Of a stretch of 64,000 nucleotides of DNA, positions 9,295 through 19,179 are shown piece by piece. Both the position numbers and the translations under genes were made by a program. The notes beneath the pieces are model-generated. The model saw only the letters and a program-made list of their open reading frames with translations, did no database searches and was not told where the DNA came from. This DNA is from an uncultured Thermoplasmatales archaeon (lineage in GTDB: Archaea > Thermoplasmatota > E2 > DHVEG-1), in contig CAZWYI010000002.1 of NCBI GenBank assembly GCA_964638155.1, positions 5,727-69,726 on the forward strand. The letters run 5' to 3'. Each line of letters starts with the position of its first letter. Position 1 is the first letter of the stretch.

Positions 9295-10011
9295 TTATGA
9301 TCCAGCGTCACTTTCCAAGTGTACCCATATAGTACCAGTCATTGTACCAATTTCATTTACACTTTCTGGAATATCAAGTGTTACTTGCACCCATACAAAA
9401 TCTGAAATCGCACTTGTCGCATTATTGTTGTCAATTGAATATCTAACATGTGCTGTTTCATCCCAGTTTGTATCTATGCTATAAAGATTTCTATTTGAGA
9501 CATTATAACACATATCACTTGAGTTATCATTCCCTGAAGCAAGAGTCCACGCAGTTGTATTTGAAGTATTTACCATAGTATCATTATTCCACATGAGAAC
9601 ACTTGATGGATCTGTTGAGGTACTATTTGCATTTGCATCTCTATCACCATGCAAATATATTTTCATATAAGTAAAGTTGTTAGATGAAACATTTATATGA
9701 GTAATATTTAGAGAATAATTTTCTTCATTTACAATTCCAAAGGCAGCTGTAAAGGTTCGGACCATATTTGTAGAATAAACATCTCCTAATTCTAGTTTTA
9801 ATCCTACATTTGTAGTGTTACTGCCTGCGACTCTAAGTACTCTTATGCCATCTGAAGAATTATCTGAGCCAATAAATCTAATTGATGCATCACAAGGATG
9901 TACTATACTATATTCATAACCTAGTTTTACAACAGCGTATTGGGTTGCTGTTATCATATTCAATACCAAAAAAAGAACAGCTATTATCATATATTTTCTA
10001 CTTACCTTCAT
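9295..10011 (-). CDS. Secreted hypothetical protein, N-glycosylation-sequon rich.
   Basis: Signal-peptide-like N-terminus MKVSRKYMIIAVLFLVLNMITA and more than 12 N-x-S/T sequons. No recognisable domain. Confidence 0.4.
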   Translation of the reverse strand: MKVSRKYMIIAVLFLVLNMITATQYAVVKLGYEYSIVHPCDASIRFIGSDNSSDGIRVLRVAGSNTTNVGLKLELGDVYSTNMVRTFTAAFGIVNEENYSLNITHINVSSNNFTYMKIYLHGDRDANANSTSTDPSSVLMWNNDTMVNTSNTTAWTLASGNDNSSDMCYNVSNRNLYSIDTNWDETAHVRYSIDNNNATSAISDFVWVQVTLDIPESVNEIGTMTGTIWVHLESDAGS

Positions 10012-10163
10012 TTCCTTTCACCTTTCCTTTCCATCTTATCTAGACATTAGATGTCGAGATAATTATTACCATGTTAACTGTTCTCAAATGAAGGTATAAA
10101 AAGCTATGGCGTAAAAATCTCAGAATGTAAAAATGTCAAAAAAATTTAGTAAAAATATTTTTT

Positions 10164-11077
10164 TCAAGGTCTCGGCAGAAGACCAACGGTGTCAACTAAT
10201 TTTGGAATAATATCTTCCCAGAAAAGAGCGGTAATGTGGATTCCGTGAACCCCTCTAATCTTTTTTATTTCCTCAATTAGTTCTACAGCTATGTTAAAAC
10301 CTTCTTTTTTCTGATCCATTGTTTTTACCATACGATTATGATACTCATCTGGTATATCAACACCTGGAACAAAAAACTTCATCCTTTCAGTCATCTTTAG
10401 AGATTTTAGAGGAGTAATACCTGCTAAAATAGAAACTTTTTTGTCAAGGCCTCTGGAGCATACTTCATCCATAAATTCTTTGAATCTATCCAGATTATAA
10501 ACACTTTGAGTTTGAATAAAATCAGCTCCAGCCTCTATTTTTTTTCAAGTCTTTCAATTCTAAAATCAAAAGGCTCAGCAAAAGGGTTACAGGCTGCACC
10601 AATAAAAATAGGTGGAGCACCTGATAAAATTTTATCTCCACTTAGAAAAAATTCTTTATCTCTCATATTTTTAACTATATTTATAAGTTGAATAGAATCC
10701 AGATCATAAACACCTTTTGCATCAGGATGATTTCCAAAAGACTGATGATCACCTGATATAAAAAGAATATTTCTAATCCCACAGGATGCAGCACCAAGAA
10801 CATCACTTTGAAGGGCAATCCGATTTCTATCCCTACAACTCAACTGCATAATAGGTTCTAAACCCATTTTTTGAAGAATAACACTTCCCCCCATGCTAGA
10901 AAGTCTTACAACTGCAGTTTGATTATCGGTAATATTAAAAGCATCAGCATAGCCTCTTAAAATTACTGCCTTATCTTTTATTTTGTCTGGATTACAACCT
11001 TTTGGAGGGCCAATCTCTGCAGTTACAACAAATTTTTTTTCTGAAAGTAATTTCTCTAGATTACTTTTGTAATTCAT
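10164..11077 (-). pseudogene. metF: Methylenetetrahydrofolate reductase (MetF family, acetogen/archaeal type). It is split into two ORFs (10535-11077 and 10164-10472) by a -1 frameshift in an A8/T8 homopolymer at 10538-10545.
   Basis: The upstream ORF ends …NPFAEPFDFRIERLEKK*. Adding one A to the A8 run continues the frame as …IEAGADFIQTQSVYNLDRFKEFMDEVCSRGLDKKVSILAGITPLKS… through to the listed 102-aa ORF. This could be a homopolymer sequencing error or a true inactivation. Confidence 0.6.
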
Positions 11078-11078
11078 G

Positions 11079-11723
11079 TTAACAAATCCTTTTAAATTCA
11101 GTTGATTTACTCCAGTTTTTCGGATCCTGGATTTTTTTTAACAAATGTAGTTTATTTTTCTTTTTTAGATAATCAATTATTAAAATCCACACGCAATCCA
11201 TATCTTTGTTAATTTCACATTTTCCATTAACAGCTCCACCACATGGTCCATTTAAAATACCTTTAGGGCACCTAGTAACAGGACAAAAGCCTCCAAATTC
11301 ATCTTGAATGCACTCCCCACACATCATACATCTTTTTTCAAACTCGTTAACTCTTTTTATTTCCCCTAAAAAAAGAGTATTATTACCTGCAATGATATCT
11401 TTATCTTCGATTATTTCAGAAACAGTTTGAATCCCATTTCCACAGGCAAGAACTAGTATTTTTTCTGCTTTTTCTATGCTATTTTTATGTTGTCTAAGAA
11501 GTCTTTTATCATTATTTAAATGACATGCAGGATCTAAAATTACCCAACCAGAAACAATTATATTTTTAGTTTCAAGTTTATCTTCCATTTCTAAAACTTC
11601 TTTTTCACCACCTGTGTGGCACAAGGTTGCGCATTCACTGCAGCCTATAATAAAAACTGGTTTATTGTTAATAGATTTTAAAATATCTTTGAAATCTTTT
11701 TGTTTGGTTATAATCATTATCAT
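11079..11723 (-). CDS. metV: MTHFR C-terminal-domain zinc-finger protein (MetV-like partner of MetF).
   Basis: Cys-rich motifs CSECATLCH, CMMCGECIQDEFGGFCPVTRCPKGILNGPCGG; immediately upstream of and co-directional with metF. Confidence 0.6.
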   Translation of the reverse strand: MIMIITKQKDFKDILKSINNKPVFIIGCSECATLCHTGGEKEVLEMEDKLETKNIIVSGWVILDPACHLNNDKRLLRQHKNSIEKAEKILVLACGNGIQTVSEIIEDKDIIAGNNTLFLGEIKRVNEFEKRCMMCGECIQDEFGGFCPVTRCPKGILNGPCGGAVNGKCEINKDMDCVWILIIDYLKKKNKLHLLKKIQDPKNWSKSTEFKRIC

Positions 11724-11832
11724 TAGGATATAAAAAAGATATTTAAGGATTTTCGGTAAAAAAGGAAAATCTCTAAATATGCTTGAATCGTTTACATAAT
11801 AGTTGTTATTATAAATTTAGGATGGGACTAAA

Positions 11833-12891
11833 ATGCTTGATAACAGAGAAGAAATTTCTAAAATCGATAAATCAAATATGCTTGATTCTGTAGAAGAATT
11901 TCCAGATCAAATAAAAAAAGCAAAAGATATTATAGAATCAGCAAAATTAGAAAATATTTACAAAGTTGATAACATAATTTTTACTGGAATGGGTGGCTCA
12001 GCAATTTCTGGTGACATTCTAAAAGCTTATTTTAGAGATAAAATAGATATTCCAATCTATGTAAATAGAAAATATGAGCTACCTAAATGGGCACATAAAA
12101 ATACTCTTGTCATTGCTCAAAGTTATTCAGGAAACACTGAAGAAACACTTTCAGCATTCAAACACGCTTATCAAAAAAGATGCAAAATAATAGGTCTAAC
12201 ATCAGGTGGAAAACTAGAAGAATACTGTAAAAAAAGAGATGTTCCTTTTATAAAAATTCCAAGTGGATATCAACCTAGAGCTGCAACAGGTTATATGATG
12301 TTTTCAGCGTTATATGGATTAAAAGATACAGGTATTTTAAGAATAGATATTGATAAGGATATAAATGAAGCAATATCTATAACTGAAGAATTTAGAAATA
12401 AAAATAAAAAAGATATTCCTTTTGAAAAAAATTTATCCAAAAAAATTGCAAAACAAATCCTTGGTAAAATACCACAAGTGTATGGTTTTAAAGAGTATGT
12501 TCCTATTGCAAAAAGATGGTGCACACAGTTTAATGAAAATAGTAAAATAATTTGTAGATATGATGAGGTATCTGAATGTAACCATAACGATATTGTCGGC
12601 TGGTCAATGAATCCTGAAGCTACAGAAAATTTTGTATGTATTATGTTTAGAGATAAAGAAGATGAATCTATCTATATATCTAAAAGAATGGATTTTATGA
12701 AAAAACTTTTCAAAACAAATGCAAAAGATACAATAGAAATAGAAATACCTCCAAAAAGAAAACTTGCTAAAATGATGTATGCAATGTACTTGGGAGATTT
12801 TATCAGTTGTTATCTTGCAATTTTAAGAAAAATAGATCCAACACCTGTTAATATAATATCTGAACTAAAAGAGGAACTTGCAAAAATATAG
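11833..12891 (+). CDS. Bifunctional phosphoglucose/phosphomannose isomerase (archaeal SIS-domain PGI/PMI).
   Basis: SIS motifs FTGMGGSAISGD and AQSYSGNTEETL; its length and C-terminal region are typical of crenarchaeal-type PGI/PMI. Confidence 0.6.
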   Translation: MLDNREEISKIDKSNMLDSVEEFPDQIKKAKDIIESAKLENIYKVDNIIFTGMGGSAISGDILKAYFRDKIDIPIYVNRKYELPKWAHKNTLVIAQSYSGNTEETLSAFKHAYQKRCKIIGLTSGGKLEEYCKKRDVPFIKIPSGYQPRAATGYMMFSALYGLKDTGILRIDIDKDINEAISITEEFRNKNKKDIPFEKNLSKKIAKQILGKIPQVYGFKEYVPIAKRWCTQFNENSKIICRYDEVSECNHNDIVGWSMNPEATENFVCIMFRDKEDESIYISKRMDFMKKLFKTNAKDTIEIEIPPKRKLAKMMYAMYLGDFISCYLAILRKIDPTPVNIISELKEELAKI

Positions 12892-12991
12892 AATTTAAGA
12901 TCAATAAAGTAAATTTAAATATTTATAATGTATTCAAAAAACAAATACTATTTAAAAAATAAAAATTTGGGATGCAAGATGGGTTTGCCAT

Positions 12992-14551
12992 ATGTTAAAA
13001 GAATCTTCTAAATTTGATAAAGAAAATAAAAATTTCTCTTCTGATCGTGATAGATATAAAACCTTATTTGAGTCAATAAATGCTGCTGCATTTATTACTT
13101 CTCTTGATGGAAAAATAATTGAAGCTAATCTAAAATCTTGTGATTTACTAGGTTATGGCTGGGAAGAACTTAAAAAAATCTCGTTTAAAGATATTTTTCC
13201 AAAGAATGTAAAATGGGATATTTTAATGGAAGAAATCACCTCAAAAGGAGGTATCAACTTTGAAACAAAAAACAAAAGAAAAGACGGAACAATCTTTCCT
13301 GTAGCAATAGATACATCTCTTTTTGTTTTAGAAAAAAAACCAGTGATGCTTGCACTTATCTGGGATATTACGGAGAGAAAAACGGCAGAGGAAAAATTAA
13401 AGGAATCAGAAGAAAAATATCGAAGTATTTTTGAAAATAGTGCTGTAGCAATTATGCTTACTGATAAAAATGAAAAAATAATTTCTTGGAATAATTACGC
13501 CGAAAAAATGCTTGATATGAAAAAGGAAGATTTAGAGTTTAAACCTGTGAAATCCTTGTATCCGGAAGAGGAATGGGAAAAAATTCGGTCTCAAGATATA
13601 AGAAAGAAAGGTATGCAGCATCATCTTGAGACAAAGATGTATAAAAAAGATGGAAGACTTTTAGATGTTAATATATCAATTAGCGTATTTAAAGATAAAA
13701 AAGGAAAAATTACTGGTAGTGTAGGGATAATAAAAGATATATCTGAGCAAAAAAAAGCAGAAATAAAACTAAGAGAAAGCGAAGAAAAGTACCAAGGTCT
13801 TTTTGAATCTACAACTGATGGCATGCTAGTTTTAGATGGTCGAGGTGAAATAAAAGACATAAACAGTAAAGCAATTGAAATATTTGGAAAAAACAAAGAA
13901 AAAATGATTGGAAATAATTTTTTAAGTATGGGCCTATTGACACCGAAAGGTCTGTCTATTGTTGTAAAACAGTTCCATGATTTATTATCAAATAATAAAT
14001 CTACTAGTAGTGAAACAGAAATAATAGATAAGAATAATAAAAATCTAAATGTTGAACTTACTTCTTTTTTCTTATCTAAAAAACAAAGTGAATTAGATAA
14101 CTTTGTTTTAGTTATAAGAGATATAAATGATCGAAAAAAAACAGAGATAAAGCTAGCTAGAGAACACGAACTACTTCAAACACTTATGAACAATCTTCCA
14201 GATCCAGTATATTTTAAGGATTATGACAATAAATTTGTACTGGTAAATAAAGCAATGGCTGCAAATAATGATACAAAACCTGAAGAGATGATAGGTAAAA
14301 CAGATTTTGATTATTTATCACCTGAAAAGGCTCAAAAAGAATTCAAAGAAGACGAAGAAATAATGAAAACAGGTAAATTTGTAATTAATGAATCTAGAAA
14401 AATATTTTCTGAAAATGATGTTGAGTCATGGGTAAGTATAACTAAGATACCTCGTTTTGATCAAGAAGGAGATATAATTGGTATGATGAGTATAAAAAGA
14501 GATATTACATATTGGAAAAAACTTGAGAAATTAAAAAAAGATGAAATATAA
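12992..14551 (+). CDS. Multi-PAS-domain sensor protein without a recognisable output domain.
   Basis: At least three PAS repeats, each preceded by a coiled linker (TERKTAEEKLKESEEKYRSIFENS, EQKKAEIKLRESEEKYQGLFEST, DRKKTEIKLAREHELLQTLMNNL). No HisKA/HATPase_c or GGDEF domain is seen. Confidence 0.6.
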   Translation: MLKESSKFDKENKNFSSDRDRYKTLFESINAAAFITSLDGKIIEANLKSCDLLGYGWEELKKISFKDIFPKNVKWDILMEEITSKGGINFETKNKRKDGTIFPVAIDTSLFVLEKKPVMLALIWDITERKTAEEKLKESEEKYRSIFENSAVAIMLTDKNEKIISWNNYAEKMLDMKKEDLEFKPVKSLYPEEEWEKIRSQDIRKKGMQHHLETKMYKKDGRLLDVNISISVFKDKKGKITGSVGIIKDISEQKKAEIKLRESEEKYQGLFESTTDGMLVLDGRGEIKDINSKAIEIFGKNKEKMIGNNFLSMGLLTPKGLSIVVKQFHDLLSNNKSTSSETEIIDKNNKNLNVELTSFFLSKKQSELDNFVLVIRDINDRKKTEIKLAREHELLQTLMNNLPDPVYFKDYDNKFVLVNKAMAANNDTKPEEMIGKTDFDYLSPEKAQKEFKEDEEIMKTGKFVINESRKIFSENDVESWVSITKIPRFDQEGDIIGMMSIKRDITYWKKLEKLKKDEI

Positions 14552-14562
14552 TTTTTTTATAA

Positions 14563-15039
14563 TTACATGATTAACTGTGAAATAAATACCCCTGTGTAAT
14601 GAGCAAGTATGATTACAATTGTTCCAATGGCGATATGTTCTAAGACTACTTTTATTCTGTTATCTTCATTATTTTTAGCAATTCTATAGCTAAATATGCT
14701 TAATAGAGAAAATCCCCATATAATACAAACCCAAATAGCATATTTTAATTGTAACATTACAACGGGAATAACAAAAGAAAGGGCAATAATAAATTTACAT
14801 ATAAATGTTGAAAATGTTGATTCCCAAATTTCTTTATTAGTGTGTTTTCTTTCAGATTCTTCAGAAATATGAATTCCCATAGCATCTGATAAGGAATCAG
14901 CAATTGCGATAGTTAAAATTCCACCTAAAACTGCTATTTTTTCATTTGTCCCAGAGCTTAGACCTACCAATAAACCAAGAGTTGTAATAATACCTGATGT
15001 TAGACCAAAACTAAAACCTACTTCTAAAGATCGTTTCAT
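14563..15039 (-). CDS. VIT1/CCC1-family (DUF125) membrane protein, a putative Fe/Mn transporter.
   Basis: FSFGLTSGIITTLGLLVGLSSG… and AIADSLSDAMG motifs; 4-5 TM helices. Confidence 0.5.
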   Translation of the reverse strand: MKRSLEVGFSFGLTSGIITTLGLLVGLSSGTNEKIAVLGGILTIAIADSLSDAMGIHISEESERKHTNKEIWESTFSTFICKFIIALSFVIPVVMLQLKYAIWVCIIWGFSLLSIFSYRIAKNNEDNRIKVVLEHIAIGTIVIILAHYTGVFISQLIM

Positions 15040-15178
15040 ATTTATCTTCTAATATTACTCTAATAATAAAGAAACACTATTAAATATTTTTAAAAATAAA
15101 GTTTTGATATGTATATTTTTTTATTATTCAATTAATAATAACGTCATGTAAATGTTAGGAGAATGATTTTGACGCGCA

Positions 15179-15190
15179 TTTACTAGTAAA
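15179..15190. promoter_or_regulatory. Perfect 12-bp palindrome TTTACTAGTAAA (copy 1 of 3), ~120 bp upstream of the RHH antitoxin gene.
   Basis: Exact palindrome; copies 2 and 3 are at 15845-15856 and 18913-18924. Confidence 0.4.
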
Positions 15191-15311
15191 AAATAGATTT
15201 CCTATCTTTTAATCATTTTTCGTAAATTATTATTTATAGTTTAACAATTTTTAAAAGTACAGCCGATGATTTTAAATATATGTGTTACTATAGTAATACT
15301 ATGGTAATATA

Positions 15312-15551
15312 TTGACATCTGTTAATGTGAAGATATCGAAAGGCATGGAAGCAAAGATAAAAAATTTTCTTAAGAATCATCCTTATTATATGAACAAAAG
15401 TGAGATGATACGTGATGCTATTAGACATCTAATAGAATCAGAAAATAGACTGTCTACAGATACTCTAAAAGTAATAGATGAGGGGATAAAACAGGTAGAA
15501 AGTGGAAAAGGTAAAACATTAGAAGAATTGGAAAAGGAATTAAATGAATGA
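15312..15551 (+). CDS. Ribbon-helix-helix (CopG/ParD-like) antitoxin.
   Basis: N-terminal beta-strand VNVKISKGMEAKIKNFLK followed by two helices (SEMIRDAIRHLIE). It overlaps the downstream RelE-like ORF by 8 nt (ATGAATGA). Confidence 0.6.
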   Translation: MTSVNVKISKGMEAKIKNFLKNHPYYMNKSEMIRDAIRHLIESENRLSTDTLKVIDEGIKQVESGKGKTLEELEKELNE

Positions 15552-15801
15552 AATTTTATTCACAGATTCAGTTTCTAATCAATTTAAAAATTTAGAGAAA
15601 AACATTCAAGAAAGAATACTTTCACGACTTAAAAAAATGAGAAACTTACCTGATCACTATCTAAAATCTCTGAAATGATATCCATATTTTAGCCTAAGAA
15701 GTGGTGATTATAGAGCTATTCTAGATTGGAGAAAAAACAAGAACCAAATTTGGGTAGTTGCAGTAGGTCATAGAAGAAATATTTATGAAAAAGATTTTTA
15801 A
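15544..15801 (+). pseudogene. RelE/ParE-family toxin interrupted by an in-frame TGA at 15676-15678.
   Basis: MNEILFTDSVSNQFKNLEKNIQERILSRLKKMRNLPDHYLKSLK*YPYFSLRSGDYRAILDWRKNKNQIWVVAVGHRRNIYEKDF*. The C-terminal part carries the RelE hallmark (R)VGDYR(I)IY…HR. Both halves are in the same frame. Confidence 0.55.
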
Positions 15802-15836
15802 CAAATCTTATAATATTTGCTGAGATTTTTGAAAAT

Positions 15837-15856
15837 AAACATAATTTACTAGTAAA
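15837..15856. repeat. 20-nt repeat aaacataatttactagtaaa containing palindrome copy 2; a direct repeat of 18905-18924.
   Basis: An identical 20-mer occurs ~140 bp upstream of the subtilase start and again ~25 bp after its stop. Confidence 0.5.
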
Positions 15857-15993
15857 AAATAATTTTTTCCCTAAATATATTATTTTGAGAGTATATGAGA
15901 AAAAATTGAAAATATAATCTTTTATTCCTGACAATAATTGTTAAATAAATTATTTATACAAATAAATTAAAGTAATAAATAAGGAAAATAATA

Positions 15994-18879
15994 ATGAGGA
16001 ATATAATACAGAAAACAATAGTGATGATTCTAATCATTTTTTTAATACTTGTGAGTTTGAACATATCTAAAAGTAAAGAAAGTACAATATTGAGAAAAAA
16101 TACAATTACAGAAAAAAATTTTGATATTGACATCAATCAAAATAAAAAAATAGCCCCTATTGGTCAAGAATATATTTCTGGAGAGTTAATTGTAAAAATA
16201 AAATCTGATTTACCTATTGAAGATACTTCATCTTTTAATGGGCAGAGAAAATTAGGTATTTTTACATTAGATATATTGAATAGCAAAAATAATGTATTGT
16301 CTATTGAGAATGTTTTTAAGAATAAAGAAAATCAAATATCTATTTCAAAAGAATTTGATAATATCTATAAATTCACTTTTCAAAAAAATATGAATATTTT
16401 TTCAATCGCCAAAAAATATGAAAAAAATCCAAATATAATATATGCTGAACCTAACTATATTCATCACTTTTGTAATGTTCCAAATGATCCATATTTTAGT
16501 CAACAGTGGTCTTTAAATCAATTAAGTGACCATGATATTGATGGATCTGAAGCATGGGATATTGAAACAGGTAGATCTAATGTTACAATAGCAATTATTG
16601 ATATGGGTGTAGATTATAATCATCCAGATTTAAAGAATAATATATGGGTTAATGAAAATGAAATACCCAATAATGGTATAGATGATGACGAAAATGGATT
16701 TATTGATGATGTCAATGGTTGGGATTTTTATACAAATACAAATAATCCAATCGATTTAGGTGGTCATGGGACATTATGTGCAGGTATTGCATCTTCAGTT
16801 ACAAATAACAACATAGGTATAGCAGGTGTTAGTTGGAACTCTAAAATTATGCCTTTAAAAGTTCACTCTTTACCTATAAGTACTATCGAACAGGAAGCAA
16901 GAGCAATTATTTATGCAGCTGATAACGGTGCAGATATAATTAGCATGAGCTTTGGTGGATTTTATGATTCAAAGGTTTTGCGGGATGCTGTAAATTATGC
17001 TTATTCTAAAGGTGTTTTTCTAGTAGCTGCTGCAGGAAATAACAATCATAACAATAAATTTTATCCAGCAGCCTTTGACAATGTTTTTTCGGTTGCTGCT
17101 ACAGATGAAAATGATAAAAAAGCAGATTTTTCGAATTACGGTTCGTGGATAGATGTTGCAGCACCAGGAGTAAATATACTATCACTAAGAGCAAACAATA
17201 CTAGCTTGGGTAATATTATAGATGATAAATATACATTTGTCAATGGCACTAGTTTTGCAGGCCCACATGTTGCAGGTTTAGTAGCATTACTTTTATCAAA
17301 AAATAATAGCTTAAATCAAAATATGATTAAAACTATGCTCTGTAATACTGCTGATAAAATTAATACTGATAAGTACATTGGTACAGGTAGAATAAATGCT
17401 TACAAAGCATTATCAAGCGATCCAGTTGAAGCAGTTTTAAAATCATTTTCAGATGGTTCTGATGTGAAGGGAGTAATACCAATCATAGGTTCAGCTTCTG
17501 GAAAAAATTTTCAGGCATACAAGGTTGAATATGGCAGAGGAAAAAATCCTAATAATTACATAGAATTAAATTTTTCAACTAATAAAGTTCATAATGATGT
17601 TTTAGCGTATTTAAATACAACTATCCTTGATGATGGATATTTTACAATTAAATTAAATGTATCATGTAACTACACTAATTATGAAGATTCAACGTATATT
17701 GTTGTTAATAATAAATACAACCGATTTACAGTAGATAATGATGGATTAGAAGCAAATTATAGCTCTATTCAAGATGCATTAGATGATGCTGGAAATAATG
17801 ACGAAATTTTTGTTTATTCTGGGGAATATAACGAATCAATTAAAATATGCAGATCGGTAAATGTAATTGGAGAAAATAAATCTAGCACGATCATTAGGCT
17901 AAAAGGTTATCCTAAATATTATTTTTTACCTTTAGTAAATATTAAAGCAGATAATGTAACAATCAATGGATTTACTATTATGGATTCAGGTTATGGGATT
18001 GTAACTTATTCATTTGCAGATCATTGTAAAATTTTTAACAACATATTTGAAGAGAATTTTATAGATATAGCGATCCAATCATCTTGTTGTCAAATATCTA
18101 ATAATAAAATGACTAATGAAATCATATTATTTTATGCTTTTAACAATTCTATATGGAATAATTCTTTATATAATGGAATTAATATTTCGATGTCAAATAA
18201 TAATATTATTCACGATAATAAAATTTCTGAAGGGTCAAAAGGAATCGAAATATGTCTTTCAAATAATAATAAAATCTATAATAACTCTATTTTTGATAAT
18301 GTGTGTGGAATAAAAATATTTGAAAACTCTAATAACAATGTGATTTATCATAACGAGTTCATAAATAATTCAGAGAATGCAAATGATTGTTCTGTCAATT
18401 CTTGGGATAATGGATATCCTTCTGGTGGAAACTACTGGGATGATTATACTGGAATAGATGGTGATAATGATGGCATTGGTGATGCTCCATATAACATTCC
18501 AGGTGGGAATAACAAAGATTTATATCCATTGATCAGCTTGGAGATTGATTTAAATCCTCCATCAATTAGTATAATGAAACCAGAAAAGGCATTTTATCTA
18601 TTTAATATGAAAATCAGAAATTATATGATTCGTAAACCTTTGATTGTTGGAAAAATAAATATTACAGCAAATGCAATAGATAAAGAATCGAAAATAAATA
18701 GAGTTGAATTTTATATTGATAAGGATTTAAAATATACTGATTGCAGTTATCCTTACAATTATTTATGGAAAAGAGATAAAATAAGATTTTTCAAACATAA
18801 ACATGACGTTAAAGTTATAGCATATGATACTGCAGGAAACAATGAAAGCAAGGAAATTAAGGTTTGGAAATTTTTATAA
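15994..18879 (+). CDS. Secreted subtilisin-like serine protease (peptidase S8) with an N-terminal signal/anchor, an I9-like propeptide, and a C-terminal right-handed parallel beta-helix repeat region.
   Basis: Catalytic-triad motifs IAIIDMGVDYNHPDL (Asp), GHGTLCAGIA (His) and GTSFAGPHVAGLVALL (Ser). Downstream are repeated NN(I/K)I…N…I motifs typical of PbH1 beta-helix repeats. Confidence 0.8.
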   Translation: MRNIIQKTIVMILIIFLILVSLNISKSKESTILRKNTITEKNFDIDINQNKKIAPIGQEYISGELIVKIKSDLPIEDTSSFNGQRKLGIFTLDILNSKNNVLSIENVFKNKENQISISKEFDNIYKFTFQKNMNIFSIAKKYEKNPNIIYAEPNYIHHFCNVPNDPYFSQQWSLNQLSDHDIDGSEAWDIETGRSNVTIAIIDMGVDYNHPDLKNNIWVNENEIPNNGIDDDENGFIDDVNGWDFYTNTNNPIDLGGHGTLCAGIASSVTNNNIGIAGVSWNSKIMPLKVHSLPISTIEQEARAIIYAADNGADIISMSFGGFYDSKVLRDAVNYAYSKGVFLVAAAGNNNHNNKFYPAAFDNVFSVAATDENDKKADFSNYGSWIDVAAPGVNILSLRANNTSLGNIIDDKYTFVNGTSFAGPHVAGLVALLLSKNNSLNQNMIKTMLCNTADKINTDKYIGTGRINAYKALSSDPVEAVLKSFSDGSDVKGVIPIIGSASGKNFQAYKVEYGRGKNPNNYIELNFSTNKVHNDVLAYLNTTILDDGYFTIKLNVSCNYTNYEDSTYIVVNNKYNRFTVDNDGLEANYSSIQDALDDAGNNDEIFVYSGEYNESIKICRSVNVIGENKSSTIIRLKGYPKYYFLPLVNIKADNVTINGFTIMDSGYGIVTYSFADHCKIFNNIFEENFIDIAIQSSCCQISNNKMTNEIILFYAFNNSIWNNSLYNGINISMSNNNIIHDNKISEGSKGIEICLSNNNKIYNNSIFDNVCGIKIFENSNNNVIYHNEFINNSENANDCSVNSWDNGYPSGGNYWDDYTGIDGDNDGIGDAPYNIPGGNNKDLYPLISLEIDLNPPSISIMKPEKAFYLFNMKIRNYMIRKPLIVGKINITANAIDKESKINRVEFYIDKDLKYTDCSYPYNYLWKRDKIRFFKHKHDVKVIAYDTAGNNESKEIKVWKFL

Positions 18880-18904
18880 AATTTTTACTTGTACTTTGAT
18901 TTTC

Positions 18905-18924
18905 AAACATAATTTACTAGTAAA
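18905..18924. repeat. Second copy of the 20-nt repeat aaacataatttactagtaaa (palindrome copy 3), between the subtilase stop and the tRNA-Ser 3' end.
   Basis: Exact match to 15837-15856. Confidence 0.5.
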
Positions 18925-18986
18925 TTGAAGTGAGGAAAACATTTTACAAAAAACTCTTTTTTTCTCCTCTAAAATTGGTAAAATTA

Positions 18987-19071
18987 CGCGAGGAGGGAGA
19001 TTTGAACTCCCGAGGTCGTAAGACCAAAGGATTAGCAATCCTTCGCCGTGGCCAGGCTGGGCCATCCTCGC
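18987..19071 (-). tRNA. tRNA-Ser (anticodon GCT) with a long variable arm; no encoded CCA.
   Basis: The reverse complement reads GCGAGGA-TG-GCCC…anticodon stem AAGGA/TCCTT, loop TTGCTAA, long variable arm TGGTCTTACGACCTCG, T-arm GGGAG TTCAAAT CTCCC, acceptor TCCTCGC, discriminator G. Confidence 0.8.
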
Positions 19072-19179
19072 AAAATAGTTTTTTTTGAATTTATGGAATA
19101 AACAAATCTGATAAAAATGTTATGCAAAAGAAATCAAAACAAATATTAAAATATTACCCCTTGTTTATAATATTTACTT

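Noticed and set aside
15676-15678. Possibility that the TGA in relE is a sense codon (stop-codon reassignment or selenocysteine)
   Set aside because: TGA terminates other well-supported genes in this window (the RHH antitoxin at 15549-15551, metF). No SECIS-like context was examined, and a nonsense mutation is the simpler explanation.
18874-19065. 63-aa minus ORF
   Set aside because: Overlaps tRNA-Ser(GCT); spurious.
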